From Pelagibacteraceae bacterium AG-349-E10 (lineage in GTDB: Bacteria; Pseudomonadota; Alphaproteobacteria; HIMB59), in NCBI GenBank assembly GCA_003281065.1, contig QCDA01000003.1, positions 19,772-83,771 on the forward strand: a DNA stretch of 64,000 nt, written 5' to 3'. Below are positions 29,707-41,596 of this stretch, one piece after another (the stretch's first letter is position 1; every line of letters begins with the position of its first letter). The translations under genes and the position numbers were made by a program. The notes below the pieces were generated by a model, which saw only the letters and a list, made by a program, of their open reading frames with translations, searched no databases and was not told the DNA's origin.

Positions 29707-30970
29707 TGAAAAAGATAAAGTTTTTCAAAACCTTCATGGTTTTCAAGAACCTTTCATAGAGGGAGCTTTAAAAAGAGGCTCCTGGTCAAACACAAAAGAA
29801 ATTTTGTCTAAAGATCAAAATGATATTATCGAATTAGTTAAATCCAGTCAGTTAAGAGGAAGAGGTGGAGCTGGATTTTCTACAGGTCTTAAATGGTCAT
29901 TCATGCCAAAGAATACTGGTAAACAGCATTATTTGGTTGTAAATGCTGATGAGTCAGAACCTGGTACTTGCAAAGATAGAGAAATTATTAGAAATGACCC
30001 GCATACTCTTGTAGAGGGGTGTTTGATAGCTTCATACGCAATTCAAGCCACTAAATGTTACATATACATAAGGGGCGAATACCATCACGAATATGTCCAA
30101 TTAGAAAAGGCAATTGAAGAGGCATACGAACGAGGCTTTATCGGAAAAAATGCTTGTGGTAGCGGATTTAATTTTGATCTTTATGTTCACAGAGGTGCCG
30201 GAGCTTACATATGTGGAGAAGAGACAGCTCTTTTAGAGAGTTTAGAAGGAAAAAAAGGACAACCAAGATTAAAACCACCTTTTCCTGCCGGTGTAGGTTT
30301 GTATGGTATGCCGACAACTATTAACAATGTGGAGTCAATTGCAGTAGTTCCAACTATTTTAAGAAGAGGCCCGGATTGGTTTAAGTCAATTGGCGCTGAA
30401 AATAATACAGGTACAAAAATTTTTTGCATATCTGGTAATGTTAATAAGCCATGCACAATAGAAGAGGAAATGGGAATACCACTTAAAGAATTAGTAGAAA
30501 AGCATTGTGATGGAGTTGAAGGAGGTTGGGATAATTTAAAGGCAATAGTACCAGGAGGTTCTAGTACCCCAATGCTTCCAAAAAATATTTGTGAGTCAGT
30601 TCTAATGAATTTTGATGATCTAAAAGCTAATGGCTCAGGATTAGGTACAGCAGGAGTGATTGTTGTTAACAAGAATAATGATATTGCTGAGGTGATTGAG
30701 AGATTTGCTCACTTTTACAAACATGAAAGTTGTGGTCAATGTACACCTTGTAGAGAGGGAACAGGCTGGATGCATAGAATGATGCAGAGATTAGTTAGAG
30801 GAGAGATATCTCCTGAACAAATAGAGCTTTTAGAAAATGTTACAAAGCAAGTAGAGGGTCATACTATCTGCGCTTTAGGAGATGCAGCAGCTTGGCCTAT
30901 ACAAGGACTCATTAAAAATTTTAAATCAGAGTTAATAAGTAAATATAATAAAAAGTTAAAAGCTTCATGA
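29699..30970 (+). CDS. nuoF: NADH-quinone oxidoreductase subunit F
   Basis: [38 protein letters not shown]; start set at ATG 29699 after an AGGAG SD. Confidence 0.97.
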   Translation: MLNEKDKVFQNLHGFQEPFIEGALKRGSWSNTKEILSKDQNDIIELVKSSQLRGRGGAGFSTGLKWSFMPKNTGKQHYLVVNADESEPGTCKDREIIRNDPHTLVEGCLIASYAIQATKCYIYIRGEYHHEYVQLEKAIEEAYERGFIGKNACGSGFNFDLYVHRGAGAYICGEETALLESLEGKKGQPRLKPPFPAGVGLYGMPTTINNVESIAVVPTILRRGPDWFKSIGAENNTGTKIFCISGNVNKPCTIEEEMGIPLKELVEKHCDGVEGGWDNLKAIVPGGSSTPMLPKNICESVLMNFDDLKANGSGLGTAGVIVVNKNNDIAEVIERFAHFYKHESCGQCTPCREGTGWMHRMMQRLVRGEISPEQIELLENVTKQVEGHTICALGDAAAWPIQGLIKNFKSELISKYNKKLKAS

Positions 30971-33000
30971 GTGACGATCTAATAAATATTAAAGTTAATC
31001 AAAAAGAAATTCAGGTAGATAAAAATCTGACTGTGATGCAAGCCTGCGAAATCGCTGGTGAAGAAATTCCAAGATTTTGCTATCACGACAAACTCTCTAT
31101 AGCTGGTAACTGTAGAATGTGTTTAGTAGAAATTGAAAAAGCTCCAAAATTAGTATCTTCTTGCACTATGCCTCTAATGGAGGGCATGTCGATAATCACC
31201 AATTCTGAAAAAGTAAACGCAGGTAGAAAAGGTGTAATGGAGTTTTTACTAATTAATCACCCATTAGATTGCCCAATATGCGATCAAGGTGGAGAATGCG
31301 ATTTACAGGATCAGGCCATGTACTACGGTTTCGACAAATCTAGATATAAAGAGAATAAAAGGGCTGTAGATAATAAAAATATGGGACCTTTGGTAAACAC
31401 TATAATGACTAGATGCATCCATTGCACTAGGTGTGTAAGATTTGCCACTGAAGTAGCCGGAGTTCCAGAATTAGGTATGTTAGGTAGGGGAGAGAATGCA
31501 GAAATTACCACTTACCTTGAACAATCAATTACTTCAGAGCTTTCAGGTAACGTCATTGATTTATGCCCTGTAGGAGCACTTACGAGTAAGCCATATCAAT
31601 TTAAAGCACGTCCTTGGGAGCTAAAACGTACTGACTCAATCGATATCTTCGATAGTGTTGGTTCTAATATCAGAGTCGATAGTAGAGCGGAGGAGATTTT
31701 AAGAGTTACACCAAGAACAAATGAATACATAAATGAAGAGTGGATTTCAGATAAAGTTCGATTTAACTATGATGGTTACTACCAACAAAGAATAGACACA
31801 CCCTACATTAAAGAAAACCAAAAATTATCAATATCAAATTGGGAAGAATCATTAAAAGTTTTAAAAGATAAATTAAAAACTCTAAAACCATTAGCTTTGA
31901 TTGGTGAGCACGTAGATTTAGAAACCGGATATGCAATCAAAAAATTTATGTCAAATTATGGTAAAGACAATGTGGAGTGCCGAACTGATAATCATGCTAT
32001 TCTAGAAAGCTTAGATAGTTATCGTTTTAACACACCTTTGAACGATATAGAAAATTCAGATTTAATTATACTTTTAGGAACAAACCCAAAAATAGAAACA
32101 CCAATTATAAATCATAAGATATTTAAAGCTTACAATAATGACGCAAAAGTATTTAACATTGGTGAAAATATATCTTTGAACTATAAAACAGAGTATCTAG
32201 GAGAGAATTTATCAAGTTTAAATAATGAAAATCTAATCAAAGCATTAAAAAAATCTACAAACCCTCTAATAATTATTGGCTCTGCGTTTTTAAATAAAAT
32301 TAAAAATATTAAAACTTTAAAATCTATTTTTTCATATGCTGATAAATACAAAGTTATTACAAAAGAAAAAAATAATCTAAATTTTTTAAATCCATATGCC
32401 TCACGTGTTGGCCAATTGATTATAGGTAATACTACTAATAACCTTTGTGAGCCGTTTTCTAATTTAAAAAAAGATAATTTTGAATTGGTTCTTTCTTTTG
32501 GCTCAGAACATATTGCCGACGAGCAGTTCAATAATTGTTTTAAAGTTTATTTTGGCCATCATGGTGATGATGGAGCGATGGGTTCTGATATTGTTTTGCC
32601 AACACCTCTTTATACAGAGAAAAATGGTACTTTTGTAAATATTGAAGGCAGACCTCAAGAAGCAAAAAAATGCCATAATCCAATTGGATCCGCCAAAGAA
32701 GAGTGGTCGATATTAAAAAAACTATCTGATGAATTATCTTTTGATTTTATCCCAAATACATTTGATCAATTAAGATCTGAGTTATTTGACAAACACCCAA
32801 TTCTTTCTGATTATCATGAAATCATTGCTGTTGAAAATTCAACTTCAATTACACCAGATATTGAATTTGAAGATTGTAAGGCAGAATATCCTGTAAGTAA
32901 TTTTTATATGTCAGATGTGATTTCAAAAAATTCTGTCACCATGGCCAAATGTGTTGATGAAATAATTTCAACTCCATCTCTTTTGGAGAAATCAGCATAA
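30967..33000 (+). CDS. nuoG: NADH-quinone oxidoreductase subunit G
   Basis: [34 protein letters not shown]. Confidence 0.97.
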   Translation: MSDDLINIKVNQKEIQVDKNLTVMQACEIAGEEIPRFCYHDKLSIAGNCRMCLVEIEKAPKLVSSCTMPLMEGMSIITNSEKVNAGRKGVMEFLLINHPLDCPICDQGGECDLQDQAMYYGFDKSRYKENKRAVDNKNMGPLVNTIMTRCIHCTRCVRFATEVAGVPELGMLGRGENAEITTYLEQSITSELSGNVIDLCPVGALTSKPYQFKARPWELKRTDSIDIFDSVGSNIRVDSRAEEILRVTPRTNEYINEEWISDKVRFNYDGYYQQRIDTPYIKENQKLSISNWEESLKVLKDKLKTLKPLALIGEHVDLETGYAIKKFMSNYGKDNVECRTDNHAILESLDSYRFNTPLNDIENSDLIILLGTNPKIETPIINHKIFKAYNNDAKVFNIGENISLNYKTEYLGENLSSLNNENLIKALKKSTNPLIIIGSAFLNKIKNIKTLKSIFSYADKYKVITKEKNNLNFLNPYASRVGQLIIGNTTNNLCEPFSNLKKDNFELVLSFGSEHIADEQFNNCFKVYFGHHGDDGAMGSDIVLPTPLYTEKNGTFVNIEGRPQEAKKCHNPIGSAKEEWSILKKLSDELSFDFIPNTFDQLRSELFDKHPILSDYHEIIAVENSTSITPDIEFEDCKAEYPVSNFYMSDVISKNSVTMAKCVDEIISTPSLLEKSA

Positions 33001-33998
33001 TGACAAGTTTATCATTTGAGTTAACAATTGGTATTTTAAAAATATTTAGTTTTGTTGTCCCTGTACTAGTTTCTGTTGCATTATTAGTGTACTTAGAAAG
33101 AAAAGTGCTTGGTGCTGTTCAATTAAGAAAAGGCCCAAACGTTGTTGGACCATTCGGAATACTACAGAGTTTTGCTGATGTATTAAAATTACTCACTAAG
33201 GAGAATTTACTTCCCTCTAGCTCAAACAAGTTCCTTTTTATCTTTGCGCCTATGCTTACTTTAATATTAAGTTTAATAGCTTGGGCTGTTATCCCAATTA
33301 GCTCAACTTATGTTATAGCAAATATTAATATAGGTATTCTATATTTGTTCGCTGTGTCATCGTTTGGTGTTTATGGAGTCATTATCGCTGGTTGGGCTAG
33401 TAATTCTAAGTATCCATTTTTAGGTGCATTGAGATCAGCAGCTCAGATGATTTCTTATGAAGTATCAATAGGTTTTGTAATCATAACAGTTTTGATTTGT
33501 GTCGGCTCATTAAATTTAATTGATATTGTAGAGAGTCAAAAGAATATGTGGTTTGCTATACCACTGTTACCTATGTTTGTTATATTTATTATTTCAGCAT
33601 TAGCTGAAACAAATAGACTCCCATTTGATCTACCTGAAGATGAAGCCACATTAGTTGCAGGTTTTTTTACCGAATACTCATCAATATCATTTGGCTTATT
33701 TTTTTTAGCAGAATACGCCAATATGATTTTAATGAGCTCTCTAACTGTAATTCTATTTTTAGGAGGTTGGTACCCTCCAATAGATATATTCCCTTTAAAC
33801 GCAATACCTGGAATATTTTGGTTTGTAATTAAAGTATTTTTAATTCTTTTTGTGTTTTTATGGGTCAGAGCAACTTTTCCGAGATATAGGTATGACCAAC
33901 TAATGCGACTTGGCTGGAAAATCTTTCTACCTTTTACCTTGATTTGGGTAGTTATTACATCAGCATTTTTATTTTACTTTGGACTATTACCTAACTAA
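33000..33998 (+). CDS. nuoH: NADH-quinone oxidoreductase subunit H
   Basis: ERK.....[22 protein letters not shown]. Confidence 0.97.
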   Translation: MTSLSFELTIGILKIFSFVVPVLVSVALLVYLERKVLGAVQLRKGPNVVGPFGILQSFADVLKLLTKENLLPSSSNKFLFIFAPMLTLILSLIAWAVIPISSTYVIANINIGILYLFAVSSFGVYGVIIAGWASNSKYPFLGALRSAAQMISYEVSIGFVIITVLICVGSLNLIDIVESQKNMWFAIPLLPMFVIFIISALAETNRLPFDLPEDEATLVAGFFTEYSSISFGLFFLAEYANMILMSSLTVILFLGGWYPPIDIFPLNAIPGIFWFVIKVFLILFVFLWVRATFPRYRYDQLMRLGWKIFLPFTLIWVVITSAFLFYFGLLPN

Positions 33999-34000
33999 CA

Positions 34001-34489
34001 ATGACAACACTAATTAAATACATTAAATCCTTTACTCTTTTCGAATTAATGAAAGGTTTGAAATTAACGATAACTTATTTTTTTAAGCCAAAAGTCACTC
34101 TTAATTACCCTAATCAAAAGGGTCCTATTAGTCCTCGCTTTAGGGGGGAACATGCTTTGAGAAGGTATCCGAATGGTGAGGAAAGATGTATTGCGTGTAA
34201 GTTATGTGAAGCAGTTTGCCCTGCGCAAGCTATAACTATTGAAGCAGAACCAAAACCTGATGGGAGTAGAAGAACTACCCGATATGATATTGATATGACT
34301 AAGTGTATTTATTGTGGTTTATGCGAAGAGGCATGTCCAGTAGATGCAATTGTTGAAGGACCCAATTTTGAATACGCTACTGAAACTAGAGAAGAATTGC
34401 TTTATGACAAGAAAAAGCTTTTACGAAACGGTGATATTTGGGAAAAACAAATTAGTGAAAATTTAAAAAGAGACAGTAAATATAGATAA
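34001..34489 (+). CDS. nuoI: NADH-quinone oxidoreductase subunit I
   Basis: Two CxxCxxCxxxCP ferredoxin motifs. Confidence 0.97.
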   Translation: MTTLIKYIKSFTLFELMKGLKLTITYFFKPKVTLNYPNQKGPISPRFRGEHALRRYPNGEERCIACKLCEAVCPAQAITIEAEPKPDGSRRTTRYDIDMTKCIYCGLCEEACPVDAIVEGPNFEYATETREELLYDKKKLLRNGDIWEKQISENLKRDSKYR

Positions 34490-35088
34490 TGTTTCTTGTT
34501 GGCTCTTTTTTTTTGTTTGCAGCATTTTTGATCACCACATGTATATTTGTTATATTTTCAAAAAATCCAGTTAACTCTGTACTCTTTCTTGTATTAGCTT
34601 TTCTAAATTCAACATTTCTTTTTATTCTTATTGGTGCAGAGTTCGTTGGTATTATTCTTGCGATCGTTTATATAGGAGCAGTAGCTATATTATTTCTTTT
34701 TGTTGTGATGATGCTCGATATTCAAATCACAACTTTAATGTTCAACATAAAAAGATATATACCCCTTGCGTTACTTTTTGCTGGTATTATTTTAGCTGAA
34801 ATAATCTATTTAACTGTATTTAAAACTTCAAAAGAAAATTTAGACACTTTCATTAGATCTAAAAATAATACTGAGCAAATTGGAGATGTGCTTTACACAG
34901 AGTATTTTATTGATTTCCAGTTAAGCGGTATCGTTTTGTTACTTGCTATGATTGGTGCAATTGTTTTAACACATGTGTATAGACCAACTATCAAAAGACA
35001 AAACATAGAAAGTCAAAACTCTACTACAGCCGAAGATAGAGTAAAACTAGTAAAAATTAAGTCTGGTGAAGGTATTAAAGATGACTAG
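34489..35088 (+). CDS. nuoJ: NADH-quinone oxidoreductase subunit J
   Basis: VYIGAVAILFLFVVMM motif; operon position. Confidence 0.95.
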   Translation: MFLVGSFFLFAAFLITTCIFVIFSKNPVNSVLFLVLAFLNSTFLFILIGAEFVGIILAIVYIGAVAILFLFVVMMLDIQITTLMFNIKRYIPLALLFAGIILAEIIYLTVFKTSKENLDTFIRSKNNTEQIGDVLYTEYFIDFQLSGIVLLLAMIGAIVLTHVYRPTIKRQNIESQNSTTAEDRVKLVKIKSGEGIKDD

Positions 35089-35392
35089 CCTTACGTATAA
35101 TCATTTCTTCATACTTTCTTTAATTGTTTTTATTATTGGGTGCTTCGGATTATTTTTAAATAGAAGAAATATGATTCTAATTTTAATGTGTATTGAAATT
35201 ATATTATTGGCAGCAAATATTAATTTTGTATCAGCTTCGGTATTCCTAAATGATATTAATGGTCAGGTATTCTCCATTTTTATTTTAACTATTGCCGCTG
35301 CAGAAGCAGCCATTGGTTTAGCTATATTGGTTATTTATTTCAGAAATAAGGGAGAGATTGATATTACTCAAATCAATCAACTAAAAGATTAA
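35081..35392 (+). CDS. nuoK: NADH-quinone oxidoreductase subunit K
   Basis: AAAEAAIGLA motif; start set at ATG 35081. Confidence 0.95.
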   Translation: MTSLTYNHFFILSLIVFIIGCFGLFLNRRNMILILMCIEIILLAANINFVSASVFLNDINGQVFSIFILTIAAAEAAIGLAILVIYFRNKGEIDITQINQLKD

Positions 35393-37308
35393 TGTTAAGT
35401 TATAAATTACTTTTTTTTCTTCCTCTAATTTCAACTATTTTTACATATCCTTTTGGAGTGTTATTAGGTGAAAAAACTGCCCAATATTTCTCTTCTACTC
35501 TAATATCTATAGCAGCTATTTTAAGTTGGTTCTTATTTATTAGTTTTTCTAGTTCTTCATCTTCTGAAATTATAATTCCTGTCCTAGAGTGGTTTTTTGT
35601 TTCTGGTCAGTTCTTTAATTGGGGAATTTCTGTAAATTCTCTTACTCTTTTGATGTTAACACTTGTTCTTACAGTTTCTGCATTGGTTCATATTTATTCA
35701 ATTGAGTACATGTCTCATGATAACTCAAAAGTAAGGTTCATGACTTATTTGAGTTTATTTACCTTTTGTATGGTTGCATTAGTTGTAAGTGATAATTTAA
35801 TTCAATTATTTTTTGGATGGGAGGGTGTTGGTCTAGCCTCTTATTTATTGATAGGTTTCTGGCATCATAAGAAGTCTGCAAATTTAGCTGCAATGAAAGC
35901 TTTTTTAGTAAACAGAGTTGCAGACTTTGGATTTCTCATCGGTATTGCAACTCTCTATATATTTTTAGACACATTATCTATTAATGAAATAATTGCAGGG
36001 AAAGAGAAATTATCTAGCTATCAAATTAATTTTTTAGGATTTGAAATTAATGCTTTAATTTTTTCTTGTTTTTTCCTTTTCATAGGTGCTATGGGAAAAT
36101 CTGCCCAGTTTGGCTTTCATACATGGTTACCTGATGCTATGGAGGGACCTACACCTGTCTCAGCATTAATTCATGCAGCAACAATGGTAACAGCTGGAGT
36201 TTTCTTGACTGTAAGATTTTCAGAATTAATGGTCATGTCTGACTTCATAATGACTTTTGTTTTAATAATAGGTCTATTAACAGCATTCTTCGCTGCATCA
36301 GTGGGCTTTTTTCAAAAAGATATAAAAAAGGTAATAGCTTATTCAACTTGTAGTCAGTTGGGATTCATGTTTGTGGCTTGTGGTTTGGGCGCATTTAATA
36401 TCGCAATTTTTCATTTAATAACACATGGTTATTTTAAGGCATTACTCTTTTTATCTTCAGGATCTGTTATTCATGGTGTTCAAGATGAGCAAGACATGGA
36501 TAAAATGGGAAATCTTTTTTCAAAGATGAAAATCACTGCAGTAATGATGTGGATAGGTACACTAGCTATTATAGGTTTTCCATATTCTTCAGGTTACTTT
36601 TCAAAAGATCTAATTTTAAGTTCATCATTTAACTTAATTACTTTAGGCCCATTGGTTTATGTAATTTTAGCTATAGTCTCTGCCATGACCGCATTTTACT
36701 CGTTCAGGCTCATATTTAAGGTGTTTCATGGAAATTATAATGGATCTTATGATTATGAAAAAATTCATGAATCCGGTCCTTTCATGTTAGTTCCATTATT
36801 ATTACTTTCTGTAGGAGCAATTCTAGCAGGCTTCTTCTTAAACGATTTATTAGCGGGATATAATTCAAAAAATTTTTGGAATGGAATAATATTTTTTAGT
36901 CAAGATAAGCAATATTACTCCTCTTTTTATCCAATTTTATCAAAATCTTTGGTAGCTTTTGGTGTAGGGCTGGCAGTTTATTATTATGGTTATAATTTAA
37001 ATAAACTTGCTGACTTAAAAAAACGTTTTCACTCAATCTATAATTTTATTTTGAACAAATGGTATTTCGATGAACTTTATAACAAAATTTTTGTTTTACC
37101 ACTTTACAATTTAGGTAAGTTTTTATGGACTAAAATAGACCAAGGTATAATCGATAAGTATTTACCAAATGGGAGCGCATCGATAGTTTCTACAATTTCA
37201 AAAGCATTCAAAAGGATACAAACAGGGTATATTTTCGATTACACTTTTATAATAATTTCTGGTTTTACACTCTTTATAACTATCATTTTTTATATAACCA
37301 TAACCTAA
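35392..37308 (+). CDS. nuoL: NADH-quinone oxidoreductase subunit L
   Basis: WEGVG, KSAQ..HTWLPDAMEGPTPVSALIHAATMV. Confidence 0.97.
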   Translation: MLSYKLLFFLPLISTIFTYPFGVLLGEKTAQYFSSTLISIAAILSWFLFISFSSSSSSEIIIPVLEWFFVSGQFFNWGISVNSLTLLMLTLVLTVSALVHIYSIEYMSHDNSKVRFMTYLSLFTFCMVALVVSDNLIQLFFGWEGVGLASYLLIGFWHHKKSANLAAMKAFLVNRVADFGFLIGIATLYIFLDTLSINEIIAGKEKLSSYQINFLGFEINALIFSCFFLFIGAMGKSAQFGFHTWLPDAMEGPTPVSALIHAATMVTAGVFLTVRFSELMVMSDFIMTFVLIIGLLTAFFAASVGFFQKDIKKVIAYSTCSQLGFMFVACGLGAFNIAIFHLITHGYFKALLFLSSGSVIHGVQDEQDMDKMGNLFSKMKITAVMMWIGTLAIIGFPYSSGYFSKDLILSSSFNLITLGPLVYVILAIVSAMTAFYSFRLIFKVFHGNYNGSYDYEKIHESGPFMLVPLLLLSVGAILAGFFLNDLLAGYNSKNFWNGIIFFSQDKQYYSSFYPILSKSLVAFGVGLAVYYYGYNLNKLADLKKRFHSIYNFILNKWYFDELYNKIFVLPLYNLGKFLWTKIDQGIIDKYLPNGSASIVSTISKAFKRIQTGYIFDYTFIIISGFTLFITIIFYITIT

Positions 37309-37309
37309 G

Positions 37310-38764
37310 ATGAGTTTCCCAATACTATCACTATTAATTCTAACGCCTATTATAGGAGCGCTAACACTCTCACTTTCAAGTAGCACGCAACTTAAAAATA
37401 AAACTATTTTTCTATCAGGTTTATGGATAACAACAGGTGAATTTCTTCTAAGTTTATTATTGCCAATTTTTTATGATAAATCAAAAAATGGTTATCAATT
37501 TATAGAGTTTCACACTTGGTTTGATAAGTTTGATATAAATTACTATGTCGGTGTTGATGGTGTTTCAATACCACTTATATTATTGACTACATTCTTAGTC
37601 CCTATTTGTTTATTGTGTTCTATTAACTCTATTCAAAATAGAGCCAAAGAATTTGTTATTTATTTTTTATTGCTTGAGAGTTTTATTATAGGAGTATTTG
37701 TTAGTATTGATCTTGTAATTTTTTACGTATTCTTTGAAGCTGTTTTAATCCCGATGTTTTTGATAATTGGGATTTGGGGAGGAGAAAACAGGCTTTATGC
37801 TACCTTCAAATTCTTTCTCTACACACTAGCAGGATCTGTTTTAATGTTACTTGCGATTATTTATATTATTTCTAAAGTGAAATCAGGCAATATTGAGTTA
37901 ATTTCAGACTTTACATTTGATCAGCAAATTGAGTTGGTTCTCTTTTTATGTTTTTTTGCATCTTTTGCAGTAAAAGTACCAATGTTTCCTTTTCATACAT
38001 GGTTACCTGATGCACACGTTCAAGCGCCCACGAGCGGATCAGTAATTTTGGCTGGTGTGCTTCTTAAATTAGGTGCATACGGTTTTATAAGACTATCTTT
38101 ACCTTTTTTTGAGTATGCCTCAATTTATTTTCAACCAATGATTTTTGCACTAAGTTGTGTAGCTATTGTTTACACTTCAATCGTAGCTCTAAGACAACTA
38201 GATATGAAAAAAATGATTGCCTATTCCTCTGTAGCTCATATGGGATTTGTCACAATTGGCATTTTCACTTTAACTCAAGATGGAATTAATGGTGCTTATT
38301 TTCAGATGATAAGTCATGGAATTGTTTCTGCAGCATTATTTTTAATAGTTGGTGTGGTATACGAAAGACATCACACTAGAATGATATCTGATTATAGTGG
38401 TGTAACAAATGTAATGCCTAAATATTCATTCTTTTTTATGGTTTTTATGCTTTCATCTGTGGGTCTTCCTGGAACTAGTGGTTTTGTTGGTGAGTTTTTA
38501 GTAATAATGTCAACTATAAGCGTTAGTGTTTATCTCACTTTTTTTACCGCTATTGGAGTAATCTTAGGAGCTTCATACATGCTCTTATTGTACAAAAATA
38601 TTAATTTTGGAGATTTAAAATCAGATATTAAGCAATTAGCTGATTTAACAAATATTGAAATTTTCTACTTCTCCTGTTTAGCATTTCTCACAATGCTTTT
38701 AGGAATTTATCCAAAACTTTTATTTGAAATGATAAACAAGAGCATTTCCTTAAGCATTATATAA
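37310..38764 (+). CDS. nuoM: NADH-quinone oxidoreductase subunit M
   Basis: KVPMFPFHTWLPDAHVQAP, IAYSSVAHMG. Confidence 0.97.
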   Translation: MSFPILSLLILTPIIGALTLSLSSSTQLKNKTIFLSGLWITTGEFLLSLLLPIFYDKSKNGYQFIEFHTWFDKFDINYYVGVDGVSIPLILLTTFLVPICLLCSINSIQNRAKEFVIYFLLLESFIIGVFVSIDLVIFYVFFEAVLIPMFLIIGIWGGENRLYATFKFFLYTLAGSVLMLLAIIYIISKVKSGNIELISDFTFDQQIELVLFLCFFASFAVKVPMFPFHTWLPDAHVQAPTSGSVILAGVLLKLGAYGFIRLSLPFFEYASIYFQPMIFALSCVAIVYTSIVALRQLDMKKMIAYSSVAHMGFVTIGIFTLTQDGINGAYFQMISHGIVSAALFLIVGVVYERHHTRMISDYSGVTNVMPKYSFFFMVFMLSSVGLPGTSGFVGEFLVIMSTISVSVYLTFFTAIGVILGASYMLLLYKNINFGDLKSDIKQLADLTNIEIFYFSCLAFLTMLLGIYPKLLFEMINKSISLSII

Positions 38765-40152
38765 TGATTAATTTATATCAATTCATACCAGAAATTTTTA
38801 TCTTATCTTTGATTTTAATAACTTTATGTTTTGGATTATTCAATAAGGACAGGGCTATATCTTTAAATGCTTTAGGTTTCATTTTGTTGAGTATTTTGCT
38901 TTTAAATTATGGAAAAGATTTTTATAGCTCCACACAATTGTCACTTAATACGATTAATTTATTTGTTTTATCTAAGATTATTTTATCTATTGGCTCAATC
39001 GTATTCATTTTATTGTTAAAAAGACCATTGAAGAATGAAAATTTATATAGATACGAATATGTGTTATTTATACTCTTTGCTATTCTTGGCTCATTTGTTC
39101 TTATTTCAAGTAATAATTTTTTAACAGCTTTTATTGGTTTAGAGCTACAATCTTTATCCTTGTACTTGATGGCTGCATTTAATACTAAAAATTTATCTTC
39201 AAATGAAGCAGGTATAAAATATTTTTCTCTTGGTGCTTTGTCTTCAGGATTTCTTCTATTTGGTATTTCAATGATTTATTACGATACTGGGTCTTTTAGT
39301 TTACAAAACTTAGATAATTTCACTGCAATAAGTGAAATAGGATTATCATTAGTTCTTATTTCTTTATTCTTTAAAGTTTCCGCTGCTCCATTTCATATTT
39401 GGACACCTGATGTGTACGAAGGATCTCCAACTATATCTACACTCTTTTTTGCAACTTTACCTAAATTTGCATCATTAATATTTTTATTCAGGGTTTATCA
39501 AGAACTTAACATTTCTGATATTAAATCTCTTAATTACATTTTTCAAATGGTATGTGCTATTTCATTATTAGTAGGAGTATATGGAGCCATTACACAAAAA
39601 GTTATTAAAAGACTTCTAGCCTTCAGCTCTATCAACCACATTGGTTTTATGCTTCTCGGAATAATGAGTTATCAATTTATGTCTGAGGGTACATTATTTT
39701 TTTACTTGATTATTTATTTGATTACTACGTTTGGTATTTTTGCTGTTTTATTGAACTTGAGAACTGCAAATGGAGAATTCATAAAAATATCCCAACTCAA
39801 TGGTTTAAGATTTGCCTCAAATTCAAAATCCATAAGCATGTTGGTGTTTTTCTTTTCTCTCGCAGGAATACCACCTTTTGCAGGGTTCTTTGCAAAATTC
39901 TTCATTCTTTCAGCTTCTATAAACGATGGATTTATTTTTTTATCAATTATTGCTGTTTTAAGTTCAGTAATTGCCGCATTCTATTACTTAACAATTATTA
40001 AGAATATGTTTTTCAATAAATTAGAAATAGAGTTATTAGATGATAATAACAAAACAGGCAAAGTTATATTTATAGCATCTGGATTAATTATAACTTTATT
40101 TTTCATCTATCCAGACCCTTTAATAAATTTAGTAGATAATCTTTTCAAATAA
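38764..40152 (+). CDS. nuoN: NADH-quinone oxidoreductase subunit N
   Basis: EAGIKYF, FK..AAPFH.W.PDVYEG.P, LAGIPP. Confidence 0.96.
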   Translation: MINLYQFIPEIFILSLILITLCFGLFNKDRAISLNALGFILLSILLLNYGKDFYSSTQLSLNTINLFVLSKIILSIGSIVFILLLKRPLKNENLYRYEYVLFILFAILGSFVLISSNNFLTAFIGLELQSLSLYLMAAFNTKNLSSNEAGIKYFSLGALSSGFLLFGISMIYYDTGSFSLQNLDNFTAISEIGLSLVLISLFFKVSAAPFHIWTPDVYEGSPTISTLFFATLPKFASLIFLFRVYQELNISDIKSLNYIFQMVCAISLLVGVYGAITQKVIKRLLAFSSINHIGFMLLGIMSYQFMSEGTLFFYLIIYLITTFGIFAVLLNLRTANGEFIKISQLNGLRFASNSKSISMLVFFFSLAGIPPFAGFFAKFFILSASINDGFIFLSIIAVLSSVIAAFYYLTIIKNMFFNKLEIELLDDNNKTGKVIFIASGLIITLFFIYPDPLINLVDNLFK

Positions 40153-40154
40153 AA

Positions 40155-40841
40155 TTGTATAAAGTTATCTTCGATTCGATTAATTCTACACAAGATGAAA
40201 TTATCAGCTTTAACAATTATAAAAAAATTTTAAAAAATAATAATTTATATATTCAATCTTTTAGGCAAATTAAAGGCACTGGAAGGGGTAAAAAAAAATG
40301 GTTAAGCCCTTTAGGTAATATTTATTTAACAATTAATCAAAAATTAAAAGCTTCATATGCTTTAAGAAATAACTTTTATATTTGTTACATAATCCACAAA
40401 TTTTTCAAAATTAATTTAAATATTAACCTAGATTACAAATGGCCAAATGATTTGTTTTTTAAAAATAAAAAAATAGTTGGTGTTGTTGTCAAATCAACTA
40501 TCTTAGGTAAAAAATCATATCTAAAAACGGGTATAGGAATAAATATAAACAATTCTCCAATAGTCGACTCAGTTTCTTTATTTAGCATTATTAATGAAAA
40601 ATCAAATATTATCGATTTATCAAATATAATTATTGATTTTATTGAACATAATTTAACAAAAAAAATATCTAATAAGAAATTAGTGAGATATCTTAATAAA
40701 TATATGCTCATGGACTTTAAATTAAACCATCCAATTTTTGGAGAAAATATTATTGAAATATTAACAGTAAATGAAGATTTATCTTTAAAGATAAAAATAG
40801 ATGGCGTAACTAAAAATATTTTCTTTGGAGAACTAATTTGA
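40155..40841 (+). CDS. birA: Biotin--[acetyl-CoA carboxylase] ligase (divergent, no HTH)
   Basis: Q..G.GRG..W.SP.G, KWPND, KI.G, GIGIN; nuoN-birA synteny. Confidence 0.85.
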   Translation: MYKVIFDSINSTQDEIISFNNYKKILKNNNLYIQSFRQIKGTGRGKKKWLSPLGNIYLTINQKLKASYALRNNFYICYIIHKFFKINLNINLDYKWPNDLFFKNKKIVGVVVKSTILGKKSYLKTGIGININNSPIVDSVSLFSIINEKSNIIDLSNIIIDFIEHNLTKKISNKKLVRYLNKYMLMDFKLNHPIFGENIIEILTVNEDLSLKIKIDGVTKNIFFGELI

Positions 40842-41596
40842 ATTTATTAGTTGATATTGGAAATACATCTATAAAATTTTCATCATTTGTTGATAAGAAT
40901 TTAAAAAAAATCTCTCAAATTAGATACTCAAAGAAAGATTTGAAATCAGTTACTCTTTTTTTTAAGAACAAACTTAAAACTCATACTAAAATTTATATTT
41001 GCTCTGTTGTCTCAGAAGTAGACAAAGTTATAATTAAAAATTTAAAGTCATATCGAAATCGTTTATTTTTCATTAATAAAAAAAAATTATCTCTTTTGGT
41101 TCATAAAACAGTTAATTTACGCCAGCTAGGTAATGATAGGATTATTAATGTTTTATCCGCAATAAATATTTATCCAAAATCTAAATTCTTTATCATCGTT
41201 GATTTAGGTACTGCCACTACATTAGATATCATTATTAATAAGAAATATTACGGAGGTGTAATTTTACCTGGTCTCACCACCTCTTATGAAAATCTAATTT
41301 CTTTAGCTTCTGGTATAAAGAATATGAAATTTTCAGATAAATCTAGCATAATAGGTAAAAATACTAATCAAGCTCTAATGTCAGGATTTAATGTAGGTTA
41401 CAAAATAATGATAGAGTCTTACATAAAATTAATCAAAACTACCTATAAAAGAAATTTTAAAGTGATTTTCACTGGTGGATATGCTACCTCTATCGACTAT
41501 AAAAAAACTAATTTTATTTATAGAGAAGATTTAACTCTTTTAGGTATTTTTTTTTATCATATTTTTTTAAATGAAAAACTTAGAATTATTAAATAA
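40838..41596 (+). CDS. coaX: Type III pantothenate kinase
   Basis: LVDIGNT, LG.DR, VDLGTATT.D, GGVILPG, TGG. Confidence 0.9.
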   Translation: MNLLVDIGNTSIKFSSFVDKNLKKISQIRYSKKDLKSVTLFFKNKLKTHTKIYICSVVSEVDKVIIKNLKSYRNRLFFINKKKLSLLVHKTVNLRQLGNDRIINVLSAINIYPKSKFFIIVDLGTATTLDIIINKKYYGGVILPGLTTSYENLISLASGIKNMKFSDKSSIIGKNTNQALMSGFNVGYKIMIESYIKLIKTTYKRNFKVIFTGGYATSIDYKKTNFIYREDLTLLGIFFYHIFLNEKLRIIK